Below, piece after piece: positions 37,972 through 47,834 of a stretch of 64,000 nt of DNA. The DNA is taken from the NCBI GenBank assembly GCA_964409005.1, contig CAYPBR010000001.1:18383-82382 (forward strand), written 5' to 3'. Below the pieces are notes generated by a model, which had not been told where the DNA came from, made no database searches, and worked only from the letters and a program-made list of their open reading frames with translations. This DNA is from Candidatus Woesearchaeota archaeon. GTDB lineage: Archaea; Nanobdellota; Nanobdellia; Pacearchaeales; GW2011-AR1. Numbering within the stretch: position 1 is the first letter of the stretch; every line of letters begins with the position of its first letter. The position numbers and the translations under genes were made by a program.

Positions 37972-38514
37972 TTATAGTTTATTCATTATTGATTGTAATG
38001 TTTTTTTTATTTTTTCTTGCTTGATTTTACTAACATTCGACCTTTTCATCCCTAGTTCTCCAGCAATATCACGTACACTCATACTTTGCATAATCAACTT
38101 CGCAATTTTATTTGCTCTTGATCCTTCTCCTCCTAATTTATATACCAATTTATCTAATATATTATTTGTTTCAATTTTATTCAATACAGCATTATCATCG
38201 TATTTATCATCAAGCAATTCATATTGACAAGTATTGTCCTCCTCTGTTTGTAATACTTCAATATAAAGAAGGTTTAAATTAGCTTGATTACTTATATAAT
38301 ATTTTCTTAATATTCTTATATTGGCATAATAAAGACGCTTTTGAACAAAAAACTTAGTTAATTTTTCTTTTTTACTCCACATTTTAAATACAGCAATAAG
38401 CAATTCCTGATAAGCATCATCTCGGTCTACCCCAAAATTAGTATTAATCTGAATACTATTAGCCCAGTACGAAATATTCTTTTTTACCATTTCATAAATT
38501 TGAAAAAATTCCAT
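37972..38514 (-). CDS. small sigma-factor-like protein (region 2 and region 4 HTH)
   Basis: 'DDAYQELLIAVFKMW' is region-2-like. 'SVRDIAGELGMKRSNVSKIKQEKIKK' is a region-4-type HTH. Confidence 0.45.
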   Translation of the reverse strand: MEFFQIYEMVKKNISYWANSIQINTNFGVDRDDAYQELLIAVFKMWSKKEKLTKFFVQKRLYYANIRILRKYYISNQANLNLLYIEVLQTEEDNTCQYELLDDKYDDNAVLNKIETNNILDKLVYKLGGEGSRANKIAKLIMQSMSVRDIAGELGMKRSNVSKIKQEKIKKTLQSIMNKL

Positions 38515-38549
38515 TTTTAAATCCTCCTATAGGTTTTTTACATACACTA

Positions 38550-39074
38550 TTATTTTGGATTATTATGTATCGTTGTAACTTTTAATATTTTTCCTCTTTC
38601 TTTCAAATTATCTTCCCACCATAAAGGCCAAAGATTATCTAAAGCCCAGCACTTTTTAAATTCAGGATCGTTAACGCTTTTATATGAAAAGCTTGAAATA
38701 GGTTTTCTATGATGAACTTCCCATAATCCATAATTCTCTATTATCATTCCCGGAAGAAATCTTGAAGTTAAAGTTTCTACAAATTCTTCAAACGTATATC
38801 CTAATATTTCACAGTAATGTTGACTAAATTCCTTTTTATCCTTAAGAGATTGAGACATAGCAGTTATCATATTTTTACTCAATTTAAACATAGGATCATT
38901 TTTTCTTCTTTTCCTCATATATCGCTTATAATATTCTTTACCTTTTCCAAATTGATAATATTCATGCATACAATCCCTACACCAAGTACCATATCCATCT
39001 CTTTGAAATTTATTTTTATTAAATTTGTTTATCGGTCTTATCTTACCGCATTTACTACATTTTTTCTTTACCAT
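38550..39074 (-). CDS. HNH endonuclease (paralog of 23480..24034)
   Basis: 'CSKCGK...KNKFQRDGYGTWCRDCMHEYY' and 'EVHHRKPISSF' and 'LWPLWWEDNLKERGK' are shared with the paralog. Confidence 0.65.
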   Translation of the reverse strand: MVKKKCSKCGKIRPINKFNKNKFQRDGYGTWCRDCMHEYYQFGKGKEYYKRYMRKRRKNDPMFKLSKNMITAMSQSLKDKKEFSQHYCEILGYTFEEFVETLTSRFLPGMIIENYGLWEVHHRKPISSFSYKSVNDPEFKKCWALDNLWPLWWEDNLKERGKILKVTTIHNNPK

Positions 39075-39114
39075 AATTTACGCTCTCTTTTTTTACAAAT
39101 TAATATTGTAGCTT

Positions 39115-39399
39115 CTAACGAATTTTACGGTTTTTTCTTCCTTTTAACTTAATAGTATCATCTTCACTATAAGATTTTTGAGGCGTTACATCAACAACCT
39201 GTTTTGCTTCAGGTTCTTGAATTTCTTTAACAACATAATCAGAAGTAATTATTACTTTCTTCTGTTTTTGAAAATCTCTTTTCTTTTTTCTAACAACAGC
39301 TTTAACAACATCAAATTCTGACTTGCGCTCATTTAAAACTTCTTCAATCAAACCGTCGACCATCTTTACTACTTTGTCCCTTAATTTTGATCTATCCAT
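39115..39399 (-). CDS. hypothetical basic protein (94 aa)
   Basis: Minus-strand ORF. Confidence 0.4.
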   Translation of the reverse strand: MDRSKLRDKVVKMVDGLIEEVLNERKSEFDVVKAVVRKKKRDFQKQKKVIITSDYVVKEIQEPEAKQVVDVTPQKSYSEDDTIKLKGRKNRKIR

Positions 39400-39409
39400 T
39401 TTCTTTCTC

Positions 39410-39634
39410 CTATTTAATTTTTATAATTATCTTTAAAAAGCACTTAATAAATATAGCAACACCAACAAGAAAAATAAAATCTACGAAGCAAATAATAATA
39501 AATCCAACAAACGGGTATACAACTATAAACCATGAAACATAAATATAACCAAATAATTTTAAAATGCATAACACTAAACTAAGTTGAAAAGCTATTGCAA
39601 GTATAATTATATCTTTTTTTACATTTGCATCCAT
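39410..39634 (-). CDS. small membrane protein (74 aa, two TM helices)
   Basis: Two long hydrophobic segments. Confidence 0.4.
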   Translation of the reverse strand: MDANVKKDIIILAIAFQLSLVLCILKLFGYIYVSWFIVVYPFVGFIIICFVDFIFLVGVAIFIKCFLKIIIKIK

Positions 39635-39645
39635 AATCTTTACCT

Positions 39646-39912
39646 CTACTTAATTTTTTTTACATCTTTAATAATATGTTCTTTCCCAACTTTACTTATT
39701 GTAAAAGTGTATTCAGGTGGTATACAACCCATTCCAATCGCTTCAAAGTATTTGCTTATAGCTGTATATTCCAGTTCTTGAGTAGCATAAAAAAACTCAC
39801 ATCTAACAACTATAAAATCTTTTAATATATTAACTAAAGATTCATAATTTACAGATTCTATTACAACCTGTGAGATTTTTAATCTTCCAATTCGATTTTT
39901 ATTTTCATTCAT
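39646..39912 (-). CDS. hypothetical protein (88 aa)
   Basis: Minus-strand ORF. Confidence 0.4.
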   Translation of the reverse strand: MNENKNRIGRLKISQVVIESVNYESLVNILKDFIVVRCEFFYATQELEYTAISKYFEAIGMGCIPPEYTFTISKVGKEHIIKDVKKIK

Positions 39913-39924
39913 TTTTTTATCCTC

Positions 39925-40134
39925 TTATCTTTCTGTAATATTGACTTGCAACAACTTTTCGCTATTTTTAGATGTAGCGTGACTTGCAGCTAAAGCTCTA
40001 TTTATCCCATTTACTACTTCATTTAAAACAACACCCTCTAAAACAATATCAACACCTACATTTGAACTTTTTATAACACCTACTCTCTGAACTCGTCTTA
40101 TTTTAAAACTAATTATTTCCATTTTATTCCTCAT
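39925..40134 (-). CDS. hypothetical protein (69 aa)
   Basis: Minus-strand ORF. Confidence 0.4.
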   Translation of the reverse strand: MRNKMEIISFKIRRVQRVGVIKSSNVGVDIVLEGVVLNEVVNGINRALAASHATSKNSEKLLQVNITER

Positions 40135-41081
40135 TTTATAAACTCCCTAAATAATGTTTTAACTTCATTAATACTTAATTCATTTGGGTCTTTATCAATA
40201 GGCAATCTAATAACTTTAACAGGTATAACTTCCCTAATAAATTTGGTTATATCATTAATACCCAAAATTAATTTACTTCTTTTTCTTATGGTTTTTTCAG
40301 GTACATCACCGTCTAATGTAAGAATGACTTTAGAACAATACTTTACCATTTTCATTAATTGAATTTCTGTAGGCTTTTTTGTACCTATTGAAACAGCCGG
40401 GACTCCATATTGCTGTAAATATATTGCATCAAATTCACCTTCAACTAATACAATAGTTCTTCTTTTTTTCAAGTGCTCAAGCCCAAATAAAATCATTCCA
40501 GTATCAGCATCTTTGCTCTTTCGTATTCGTATAGTTTTATCATCAGTAATTGATCTGCCATATATTGCAATCAATCTTTTATGCTCATCTCTCATCGGTA
40601 CTAAAACTCTCTCAACTCCTTTCCAATAACCACAACGTATATCAAATTTTTTAACTGAAGTATAATTAATATTTCTACTACGTAAATAATTATAATATTG
40701 AATATGACCTTTATTAACAAGTGGATAATTATTAAAAAAATTAGGATGAATCAATACCTTAATCTTTAGTTTAGAAGTGGTTCCCAAATTATCTAATCTT
40801 TTTCTTAATCTATCTGTTGATTTTAATACCTGAACAGCTTCGCTTTCATTAAAATCTTCTTCAATAATTTCTGTATCATCTTCAAACAATGCTTTTTTAA
40901 GACGATCAATATTGCCAACCACTCCACAAGAAAAACAATGAAATTTATCTTTCTTAAAGGAAACTCCCAAAGAAGGATTTTTCTCTCCATGAAAAATACA
41001 ATTCATCATTATAGTATGACTTGATTTAAAGTATCGAATATCTCTTTTTTCCAACTCTTTAATAAGTTGCCTTTCAGTCAA
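40131..41081 (-). CDS. DnaG-like DNA primase (CHC2 zinc finger plus TOPRIM)
   Basis: 'CIFHGEKNPSLGVSFKKDKFHCFSCG' is the CHC2 finger. 'IVLVEGEFDAIYL' is the TOPRIM motif. Confidence 0.75.
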   Translation of the reverse strand: MTERQLIKELEKRDIRYFKSSHTIMMNCIFHGEKNPSLGVSFKKDKFHCFSCGVVGNIDRLKKALFEDDTEIIEEDFNESEAVQVLKSTDRLRKRLDNLGTTSKLKIKVLIHPNFFNNYPLVNKGHIQYYNYLRSRNINYTSVKKFDIRCGYWKGVERVLVPMRDEHKRLIAIYGRSITDDKTIRIRKSKDADTGMILFGLEHLKKRRTIVLVEGEFDAIYLQQYGVPAVSIGTKKPTEIQLMKMVKYCSKVILTLDGDVPEKTIRKRSKLILGINDITKFIREVIPVKVIRLPIDKDPNELSINEVKTLFREFIK

Positions 41082-41093
41082 TTTTATTTTCTC

Positions 41094-41309
41094 CTAATCA
41101 ACATAGGTTATAGAATTGCCAGTTGCAATATTGACTTTATCACCACTTCGTGTGTAAAATGGCTTCAATATTTTGCCTTTATATTTGTGTGATAATCCAA
41201 GAAAAAACTTTTTGAATAGTCTCCATGTATATTTTGAAGCCTTTGCATTTCGCTTTTTTACTGCGTTTAGATATGCTCTCTTTAATGCTTTCGTTGTTTG
41301 CCCGTTCAT
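41094..41309 (-). CDS. hypothetical basic protein (71 aa)
   Basis: Minus-strand ORF. Confidence 0.4.
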   Translation of the reverse strand: MNGQTTKALKRAYLNAVKKRNAKASKYTWRLFKKFFLGLSHKYKGKILKPFYTRSGDKVNIATGNSITYVD

Positions 41310-41366
41310 TTTATTTTTCTCCTACCTTTTTAATTTTTCTCTTTAGAATTTAAAGTAACTGAATAC

Positions 41367-41633
41367 TCATTTTATCTCATTCATTCTTTTCTCAAAAAGA
41401 CCTTCATCCTTTTTTGCCCGATTTAAAAGCATATCAAAAATCTTTTTATCTTTTGCACATATAACTAAATAAGCCTCTCTATCAGCAAGTAGTTCTTTCA
41501 TACCTCTTATTAAGATAGGAGATTCTTCTGTACCTATCATATAAATTCTTGTTTTATTATTCTTATCGTTCCGAGTTAATTCTATCTTACTAACCAAATC
41601 TTTTATCTCTTTAATCCTTTTCGAACTAATCAT
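41367..41633 (-). CDS. hypothetical protein (88 aa)
   Basis: Minus-strand ORF. Confidence 0.4.
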   Translation of the reverse strand: MISSKRIKEIKDLVSKIELTRNDKNNKTRIYMIGTEESPILIRGMKELLADREAYLVICAKDKKIFDMLLNRAKKDEGLFEKRMNEIK

Positions 41634-43018
41634 TTTTTTCTCCTCACTTTTATTTTTTGTTTCTCTGAAAGACTTTTAGGCTTTCTTTGCAAACTGCCTT
41701 CCGATTCCTGTCTATACTCATCATCAAGACACATTATATCAAAATTAGGTCGTAATATAACTGGATCAATTACTTCTAAATCTCTCATTTTAATTGACTG
41801 TAATCTCATAATATTTTCAAACTCATCATCTTTATCTTGTACTAACCCAACTACCATATTAGCTACTTCAACTATACCTCGTCCATATTTTACATGCTTC
41901 TTTTTTAATATACTTAATCCTTCAGCTTCATCAGTTAATTGGTTGCCTGTCCATACTGCTATTCCTTCATCTTGAAAATCTGTTGCAACTTCTTTTAAAT
42001 TCCATGCAATTTCAACTTGAGATTCCCAACTACGAGCACTTCCTAAATTAGAATTGTTAGGTCTCATAATATTAAGATAATCTGCAACGATCAAATCAAT
42101 TTTTTGACCATGTTGATCTTGTATTCGATCTGCTTCATTCTCCATTTCCGCTACTGTACTACTTCTTGGCAATGATACTATTTCAAAAAAGTTTTTTTTA
42201 GTTTTTCTATATTTTTGTATACCTTTTTCCCACACTAATAATTGTTTATCTGTAAACTTACCTAATCTAAAATTTGTATATTTTAATCTCATCAATCTTG
42301 AATCTGCTCTAAAGCCTACTTGTTCTTTTGACATTTCATAAGAAAAATAAGCTACATTAAACCCGTTATCCCATGCATATAATCCAAAATTCTCAAGTCC
42401 GATTGACTTTCCCATTCCAGATTCACCTATAAGAATTCCTATTTCACCTTTCATTAATCCACCGGAAGAATCATCAAATTTTTTAATTCCAGTTGGTATA
42501 CCTACGCTTGGTTGCTCCATTCTCGTTTTTATAATTGCTTTCCGTTCTTCATAATCTTTTAAATACTCACCTGTATAAATTCTTTTTCTTGTTATATCCA
42601 TTGACGATATTTGTCTAGCAATTTTTTTAACGCCTTCAATATCTTCTTTATCGACACACTCAAGCATATCCTCAGTTCTTTCAACTGAAAATCTAAGATA
42701 AAATAACTTATTTATTTTTTTAGTCATTGTAACAATATTTTTTGAAGAGATATTATCAATTCGACATTTAAACAATTTAATTATATATGGATTTACTAAC
42801 TCAATCTTTTTTACTCTTTCTTGTATTAATTCTCGAAACATATCTTTTGGAAATGTTGTTCGGTGTGTTTGTACTATATCAAAAAACAGTTTATAAGCCT
42901 TAATGGAAAATAAATCACGTCTTAAATTATCACACAACTTATAATCTTTTCTAACCAAATAAGAAATTATTCTTAATTCAAGTACAGTATCTCTAAATTG
43001 ATCATTTGTATCTGTCAA
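41630..43018 (-). CDS. DnaB-family replicative helicase
   Basis: RecA-like C-terminal domain with Walker A 'IGESGMGKSIGL' and Walker B 'DLIVADYLNIM'. The N-terminal region is DnaB-like. Confidence 0.7.
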   Translation of the reverse strand: MTDTNDQFRDTVLELRIISYLVRKDYKLCDNLRRDLFSIKAYKLFFDIVQTHRTTFPKDMFRELIQERVKKIELVNPYIIKLFKCRIDNISSKNIVTMTKKINKLFYLRFSVERTEDMLECVDKEDIEGVKKIARQISSMDITRKRIYTGEYLKDYEERKAIIKTRMEQPSVGIPTGIKKFDDSSGGLMKGEIGILIGESGMGKSIGLENFGLYAWDNGFNVAYFSYEMSKEQVGFRADSRLMRLKYTNFRLGKFTDKQLLVWEKGIQKYRKTKKNFFEIVSLPRSSTVAEMENEADRIQDQHGQKIDLIVADYLNIMRPNNSNLGSARSWESQVEIAWNLKEVATDFQDEGIAVWTGNQLTDEAEGLSILKKKHVKYGRGIVEVANMVVGLVQDKDDEFENIMRLQSIKMRDLEVIDPVILRPNFDIMCLDDEYRQESEGSLQRKPKSLSEKQKIKVRRKK

Positions 43019-43805
43019 ATTTCATCCTCTCAATTTTCTTTAAAAAATATTCATCAAGATAATCTACTGTCTTATGTATTAAATTATTTTCCCATTCCAT
43101 ATTAATTTCTCTGCTTTTATCTTTTCCTAAAATATGTAACAGTTTCATTTTTCTTAACATTATTGAATATATACTTCTTCCTAGTTCTCTTTTTATATCT
43201 TCTTCTTTCCAATTAGTAGCAATATTAACTACTTTATTTTTCGGCAGTGTATTTCTAAAAAAATTTTCTAAACTTGATAATACATAATCCGATCCTTTTT
43301 TTCTATATGGTTTATCAAGTTCATCTAATAAAATTATATCTGCTGATTGTACTCTATTAACATTATATAAATCATCAACCATTTTATAGCTAATATAATC
43401 TTGAGTTGTTACATAAATTACCTTATAGCCTTTAATAATTGCTTCTTCACCTAATTTACATAATAAAAAAGTTTTTCCAATACCATTATTACCAATAAAT
43501 CCTAAAGCCAATCCTTTGTCTATTGCTGTTTCATAATTTTTAAGATATTTTAAAAAAAGTGTTTTTACATGAGGTGGTGATAATTGTAAGTCTTTAAATT
43601 TTAAGTGCCAATATTCTTTTGGTATCCTTGCATAAACTAATTCTTTAAGATATACAAAAATTTTCCTACAACTACATGCTTGTGTTTCATCATTTTTTAT
43701 AATCCATCCATCTTCACATTTTTCTTTACAACTATAAATTGTTTGATCTCTAAGTTTATATATTAATTTTGATTCAACATCAGTATATATTCGTTCGCTA
43801 ATCAT
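43002..43805 (-). CDS. DnaC/IstB-like AAA+ helicase loader
   Basis: Walker A 'FIGNNGIGKTFLL'; Walker B 'IILLDELDKPY'. Confidence 0.65.
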   Translation of the reverse strand: MISERIYTDVESKLIYKLRDQTIYSCKEKCEDGWIIKNDETQACSCRKIFVYLKELVYARIPKEYWHLKFKDLQLSPPHVKTLFLKYLKNYETAIDKGLALGFIGNNGIGKTFLLCKLGEEAIIKGYKVIYVTTQDYISYKMVDDLYNVNRVQSADIILLDELDKPYRKKGSDYVLSSLENFFRNTLPKNKVVNIATNWKEEDIKRELGRSIYSIMLRKMKLLHILGKDKSREINMEWENNLIHKTVDYLDEYFLKKIERMKFDRYK

Positions 43806-44517
43806 TTACCCATCCCTCTTCTTTATAATAGTCCAGTAGCTCCTCATCATATTCATCTAAGGTTCCTGCATCTCTGCGCTTAATGAGACTTTCAAATATT
43901 TTTCTCTCTTCAATTTTTGATTCTTCTTCATATCCTTTATCATAATCAACTTGTTTCAATTTAATAGACTTATTTTCTAAGTTAAAATCACTTATTATAT
44001 TCTTATGACAAAATACTGCGGAATTAAAATAAGAAATACGTGGTGCTTTTACTCTAAAATACCAATTAATATAATTCTCTAAATTCTCATCTCCTATTTT
44101 ATCCAGAAGATTTTTTAATTGTACCGATATTCTCCAATAAAATTTAGAGTATACTGTAATACTAGTATAGTAATCTTTAGCTCTCTTTACTATAGTTTCC
44201 CATACCTTCTCCATAATATCAGTCTTATTAGTTGTAACATTCCTATAGTTCTCAGCTATCTTAATAGTAGTAGGTAGTAAAAATAAAAACCTCTTATATA
44301 GTATATTGTGAGCGTCGGCGTCGTTTAAAAATTCTGAAATTTGAGTATAAGATTTCCTTATAGTATGATAACCAATTTTAATTTCATTAGAAATATGTTT
44401 CATAGAAGGTACTTTATTATATTTTTGATAGTAAGCTGTACAATAAAGAAGAATAGTAATTGAATGATGATCTAGCTCTTGAAACATACTCTTGTTTACT
44501 TCAATAGTTAATTCCAT
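43798..44517 (-). CDS. hypothetical protein (239 aa); a replication-initiation accessory role is suggested only by position
   Basis: Immediately upstream of the helicase loader. Confidence 0.4.
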   Translation of the reverse strand: MELTIEVNKSMFQELDHHSITILLYCTAYYQKYNKVPSMKHISNEIKIGYHTIRKSYTQISEFLNDADAHNILYKRFLFLLPTTIKIAENYRNVTTNKTDIMEKVWETIVKRAKDYYTSITVYSKFYWRISVQLKNLLDKIGDENLENYINWYFRVKAPRISYFNSAVFCHKNIISDFNLENKSIKLKQVDYDKGYEEESKIEERKIFESLIKRRDAGTLDEYDEELLDYYKEEGWVND

Positions 44518-44555
44518 AGTTGGATAACCTAATATTAATTTTTTAAATAGTCAAA

Positions 44556-44903
44556 TTATTTTTGTTCTTCTATAGAAAGAAGTGATTTATCATATTTATT
44601 TAAAAAACTCGTATCCATTAATCTAAAAAAAGATATTTCTTTAGCGAGAATAAAAGCAACGTATTTTTCTTCAATATCCCTATAATCAAAATCTGAATCC
44701 TTATCATCATCTAAAAACTTTCTTAAAAGCAAAGCCATCCCAGGAAACGGAGTTGCTTCAATTTTAACTAAATTAAAATCAAATAAAATTTCATTCACAT
44801 TGGTTTGTTGCTCTTGAGGATAATTTTTAAGAATATTGCTTTTAAGAATTACATCGTTTTTTAAATGAATTTCTATTATAATATTATTATCTAAAAATGA
44901 CAT
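44556..44903 (-). CDS. hypothetical protein (115 aa)
   Basis: Minus-strand ORF. Confidence 0.4.
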   Translation of the reverse strand: MSFLDNNIIIEIHLKNDVILKSNILKNYPQEQQTNVNEILFDFNLVKIEATPFPGMALLLRKFLDDDKDSDFDYRDIEEKYVAFILAKEISFFRLMDTSFLNKYDKSLLSIEEQK

Positions 44904-44921
44904 TTATAAACCTCCTATACC

Positions 44922-44954
44922 ATATATAAACCCACGAAAACGCAAATCGTCCAC
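44922..44954 (-). promoter_or_regulatory. conserved intergenic motif M2 (GTGGACGATTTGCGTTTTCGTGGGTTTATATAT)
   Basis: Second copy of the motif, upstream of 44556..44903. Confidence 0.4.
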
Positions 44955-44993
44955 AAAAAAATAAACCCGACCATATTTCAGGTCGGGTTAAAA

Positions 44994-45230
44994 TCATTTA
45001 ATATCATTAAGTATTATATTTGTTCTCTCTTGTCTTGGTGGATAAATATTCATAGGTGTATGAGCAATATCTTCACCACTATAGATAAAAAAATCTTTAA
45101 AAAATGCTTTTCCATCATTTAAAAATTTTGCACGTTCCCATATATTAGGAAAGTCTTTATACCACCAAGGCCCACCTTCTCTACTTATAGGTGCCCCTTT
45201 AAACCAATAATAAAGTCTTATAACTTTCAT
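44994..45230 (-). CDS. hypothetical protein (78 aa)
   Basis: Minus-strand ORF. Confidence 0.4.
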   Translation of the reverse strand: MKVIRLYYWFKGAPISREGGPWWYKDFPNIWERAKFLNDGKAFFKDFFIYSGEDIAHTPMNIYPPRQERTNIILNDIK

Positions 45231-45280
45231 TTTTCTACCTCCTTATTAAAATTGCAAACCCTCAATTGAGGGCTATTTGT

Positions 45281-45472
45281 TTAACACCTCTTTTTCTTTT
45301 TTTTCTTTAATCGCTCAATTAGATTTTCTAATTGCTCAATTTTTTTATTCTTTTCCTCTATGATTTTATTACAATACTCTTTATGATCTTGATACATTAC
45401 TACATAACCATCAGATTCTTCACTATATTCAATTAATCCTCCCAAAGCCTCTACTGCATCGTATCTTTTCAT
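45281..45472 (-). CDS. hypothetical protein (63 aa)
   Basis: Flanked by conserved hairpins. Confidence 0.4.
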   Translation of the reverse strand: MKRYDAVEALGGLIEYSEESDGYVVMYQDHKEYCNKIIEEKNKKIEQLENLIERLKKKKKKRC

Positions 45473-46007
45473 TTTGTTACCTCCGTTATTAAAATTGCAA
45501 GGGAGTCAATCGACTCCCATTTACCTATAGTCTAATTTTTAATTGATCTTTCTGTGCTCTTGCAGGATCACCGTTTAACAATCTCACAACATAATCGAAA
45601 GAACCAAGTTTCAATTCAACTATAGCTTGAGTTAAAAATAGTATAGAAATTTTGCTTCGATACCAAACTTTATCACCTACTTCATAATTCATATTGCCCT
45701 CCATTTTTAAAATTGCAAGCCAGTCAATTGACTGGCTATTATAACTAATTTGCTACTCTTTCTCCGTCTATATCACAAAGCCACCTACATCACGAAGAGT
45801 GTAATCAGTTATTTCTAATTCAACACTATCAACCAAACTACGTTCTTGATTGATATTCAAAGAATTAAGTATATAATCAAAATACTCAATTTTTTCCGAA
45901 TCTCTATTGCCGTTAAAATCGTCTCTGTGAATTGTTATAATCATCTTACTACCTCCTTAATTAGTTTATTCAACAGGAAGCTCTTTTGGAGCTTCCCATT
46001 TAACAAA

Positions 46008-46433
46008 CTACCATTCTATTCCTACCGCAAATCTTGTTCTAATGCCACTCGCAAACTTGTCATAAAATTGGCCTTCATGACTATAGGCCGGGCGGATATA
46101 GTGACGATACAAATCCACATACAAATCCTTTGTTATGTTGATTTTTGTACCGACAATATAGATATCGCGATAAGGAGAAAAGCTGAGCTTTTCACTACGC
46201 TCCACCACACTACGCTCCACCAATACACTGATGCCACCATAAAGTGTCATCCAGTGCCAAGGCACAAATTGTACATTAATCTCTGTTTCAAATAACTCTA
46301 CTTCTTCTACATATCCAAATTGTGCGTTACCATGTATCTCAGCTCCCTCTGCTTTAAAGGCTATCATCATCTCAAGAGTAAAAATGACGAGAAAGATGAG
46401 TACTACCAAGCAAATCTTTTCAAATCTTTTCAT
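46008..46433 (-). CDS. outer-membrane beta-barrel protein (Lom/Ail/OmpX-like) with a signal peptide
   Basis: N-terminal signal 'MKRFEKICLVVLIFLVIFTL'. Alternating amphipathic strands. C-terminal 'RFAVGIEW' ends on an aromatic residue, typical of OMP beta-barrels. Confidence 0.55.
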   Translation of the reverse strand: MKRFEKICLVVLIFLVIFTLEMMIAFKAEGAEIHGNAQFGYVEEVELFETEINVQFVPWHWMTLYGGISVLVERSVVERSEKLSFSPYRDIYIVGTKINITKDLYVDLYRHYIRPAYSHEGQFYDKFASGIRTRFAVGIEW

Positions 46434-46483
46434 AATGTTACCTCCTTAATAAGATTGCAAGGCCCCCAATTGGGGGCCTGTTC

Positions 46484-47386
46484 TTAAAGTCCGAATCGCT
46501 CACTGATCTGCCGGGAAAGGTCATTACGTCTTTCTTCACTAATGACATTATTGTGACTTAATGTATTAGTGAATGTATTCAGTAAATCCCATGAAGTCAT
46601 TTTCCTGGTCATCTCAAGTTCAACAGCACCTTCATTATCATTAAACTTTACAAACTTGTGATGTTCAAGATAATCCAATGCCTCATCCTGCATAAATCCC
46701 GGCACATCGTTCAAGTGCTCCTGTAATACAACAGGATTAACTTGTTGTTTTGAAAGAGCCACGATTTGCGGAAGAACCTTTCTATCAAAGTTAGCAAACT
46801 TTTCCATAAAACGTTCAACCATCTGTTGAATGTCAAGATTCTTTGAATGACGCTTTCTTTCAGAATAGAGCATTTCATTTACAGTTGCTCCATTTGTACA
46901 GATCAGTCTCAATATGTATGCACTGATCTCATATTTGATTGACCTGTCATAAGAATTCGTAATCTTAAATCCCGGTGCAATAACATCACCGACTTTAGGA
47001 TTTTCAACAGCGCATATACCAAGTTCCATTTCTTGTTTAAATCTGAACTCAGCATACATTCTCGCACCACCTCCTGACATTCTCATATTCACAGGTTCAA
47101 CTTCCGGCAATCCGTTTTTCTTGAAGGTGTCAATAACATTATAAACTGCTTCTTTGTGAGAAACAAGCTTATATTCTCTTGACACTACTCCAAGATTAAT
47201 ACCAGTCTTAGCATTATAAACGTTGTCAAAACCAGTATCATTCCCCTGTGAGTTAAACGACTCTTCCCTTTCAACTGGAAAGTTAAAAGCTTTAAGCTGT
47301 TCGGGTTTAAAAATTGTTTTAGTACTCATAGAGTACCTCCTTAAAAAGATTTTTGAATTGATATAACTTAATTCAACAGGAAACAC
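46484..47386 (-). CDS. phage/plasmid-associated protein (280-300 aa). The likely real start is 'MSTKTIFK'. It may belong to a DUF932-type family, but that is uncertain
   Basis: Noticeably higher GC than the flanking genes; no catalytic motif recognised. Confidence 0.45.
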   Translation of the reverse strand: MFPVELSYINSKIFLRRYSMSTKTIFKPEQLKAFNFPVEREESFNSQGNDTGFDNVYNAKTGINLGVVSREYKLVSHKEAVYNVIDTFKKNGLPEVEPVNMRMSGGGARMYAEFRFKQEMELGICAVENPKVGDVIAPGFKITNSYDRSIKYEISAYILRLICTNGATVNEMLYSERKRHSKNLDIQQMVERFMEKFANFDRKVLPQIVALSKQQVNPVVLQEHLNDVPGFMQDEALDYLEHHKFVKFNDNEGAVELEMTRKMTSWDLLNTFTNTLSHNNVISEERRNDLSRQISERFGL

Positions 47387-47427
47387 TCTTTCAAATGTTT
47401 CCCATTTAATTAAGTTTATAAAAGATT

Positions 47428-47787
47428 TTACTCTTCTACAAGATACTCAATTAAAACATTGTAATAAATATTGTACCATACTTCTTTTTGATTCTCGTCA
47501 ATAAAACAATCATTAATGATTTTCATTAAAGGTTCATAATCACCAAACGTTGTAAAAGTTTTCATAAGTCTATAAATCGCAACAGAATCAATTTGCGTAT
47601 CTATATACTCTTTGTAAGTTGCTTCCATATAAACGCTAGCTAAACCTCCGAAATAACCCCGAAGATATATTTCTTTCTCACGATTAGTAAATGAAAGCCA
47701 ATCTTCTTTAATAAGCTCATACGCCATTGACTGGGAAACAATTAAAGCAAATAGCACAACTAAAACTAAAATCTTTTTAATGTTCAT
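47428..47787 (-). CDS. secreted / periplasmic protein with a signal peptide (119 aa)
   Basis: 'MNIKKILVLVVLFALIVSQSMA' is a signal peptide. Confidence 0.5.
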   Translation of the reverse strand: MNIKKILVLVVLFALIVSQSMAYELIKEDWLSFTNREKEIYLRGYFGGLASVYMEATYKEYIDTQIDSVAIYRLMKTFTTFGDYEPLMKIINDCFIDENQKEVWYNIYYNVLIEYLVEE

Positions 47788-47834
47788 AATAAACCTCCTT
47801 AAAGATTTTTAATAGAGTTTTACATTTAATTAAG

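Noticed and set aside
45846-46295. 149-aa plus-strand ORF
   Set aside because: It is antisense to the OMP gene and to intergenic hairpins. It has no RBS, and all neighbouring genes are on the minus strand.
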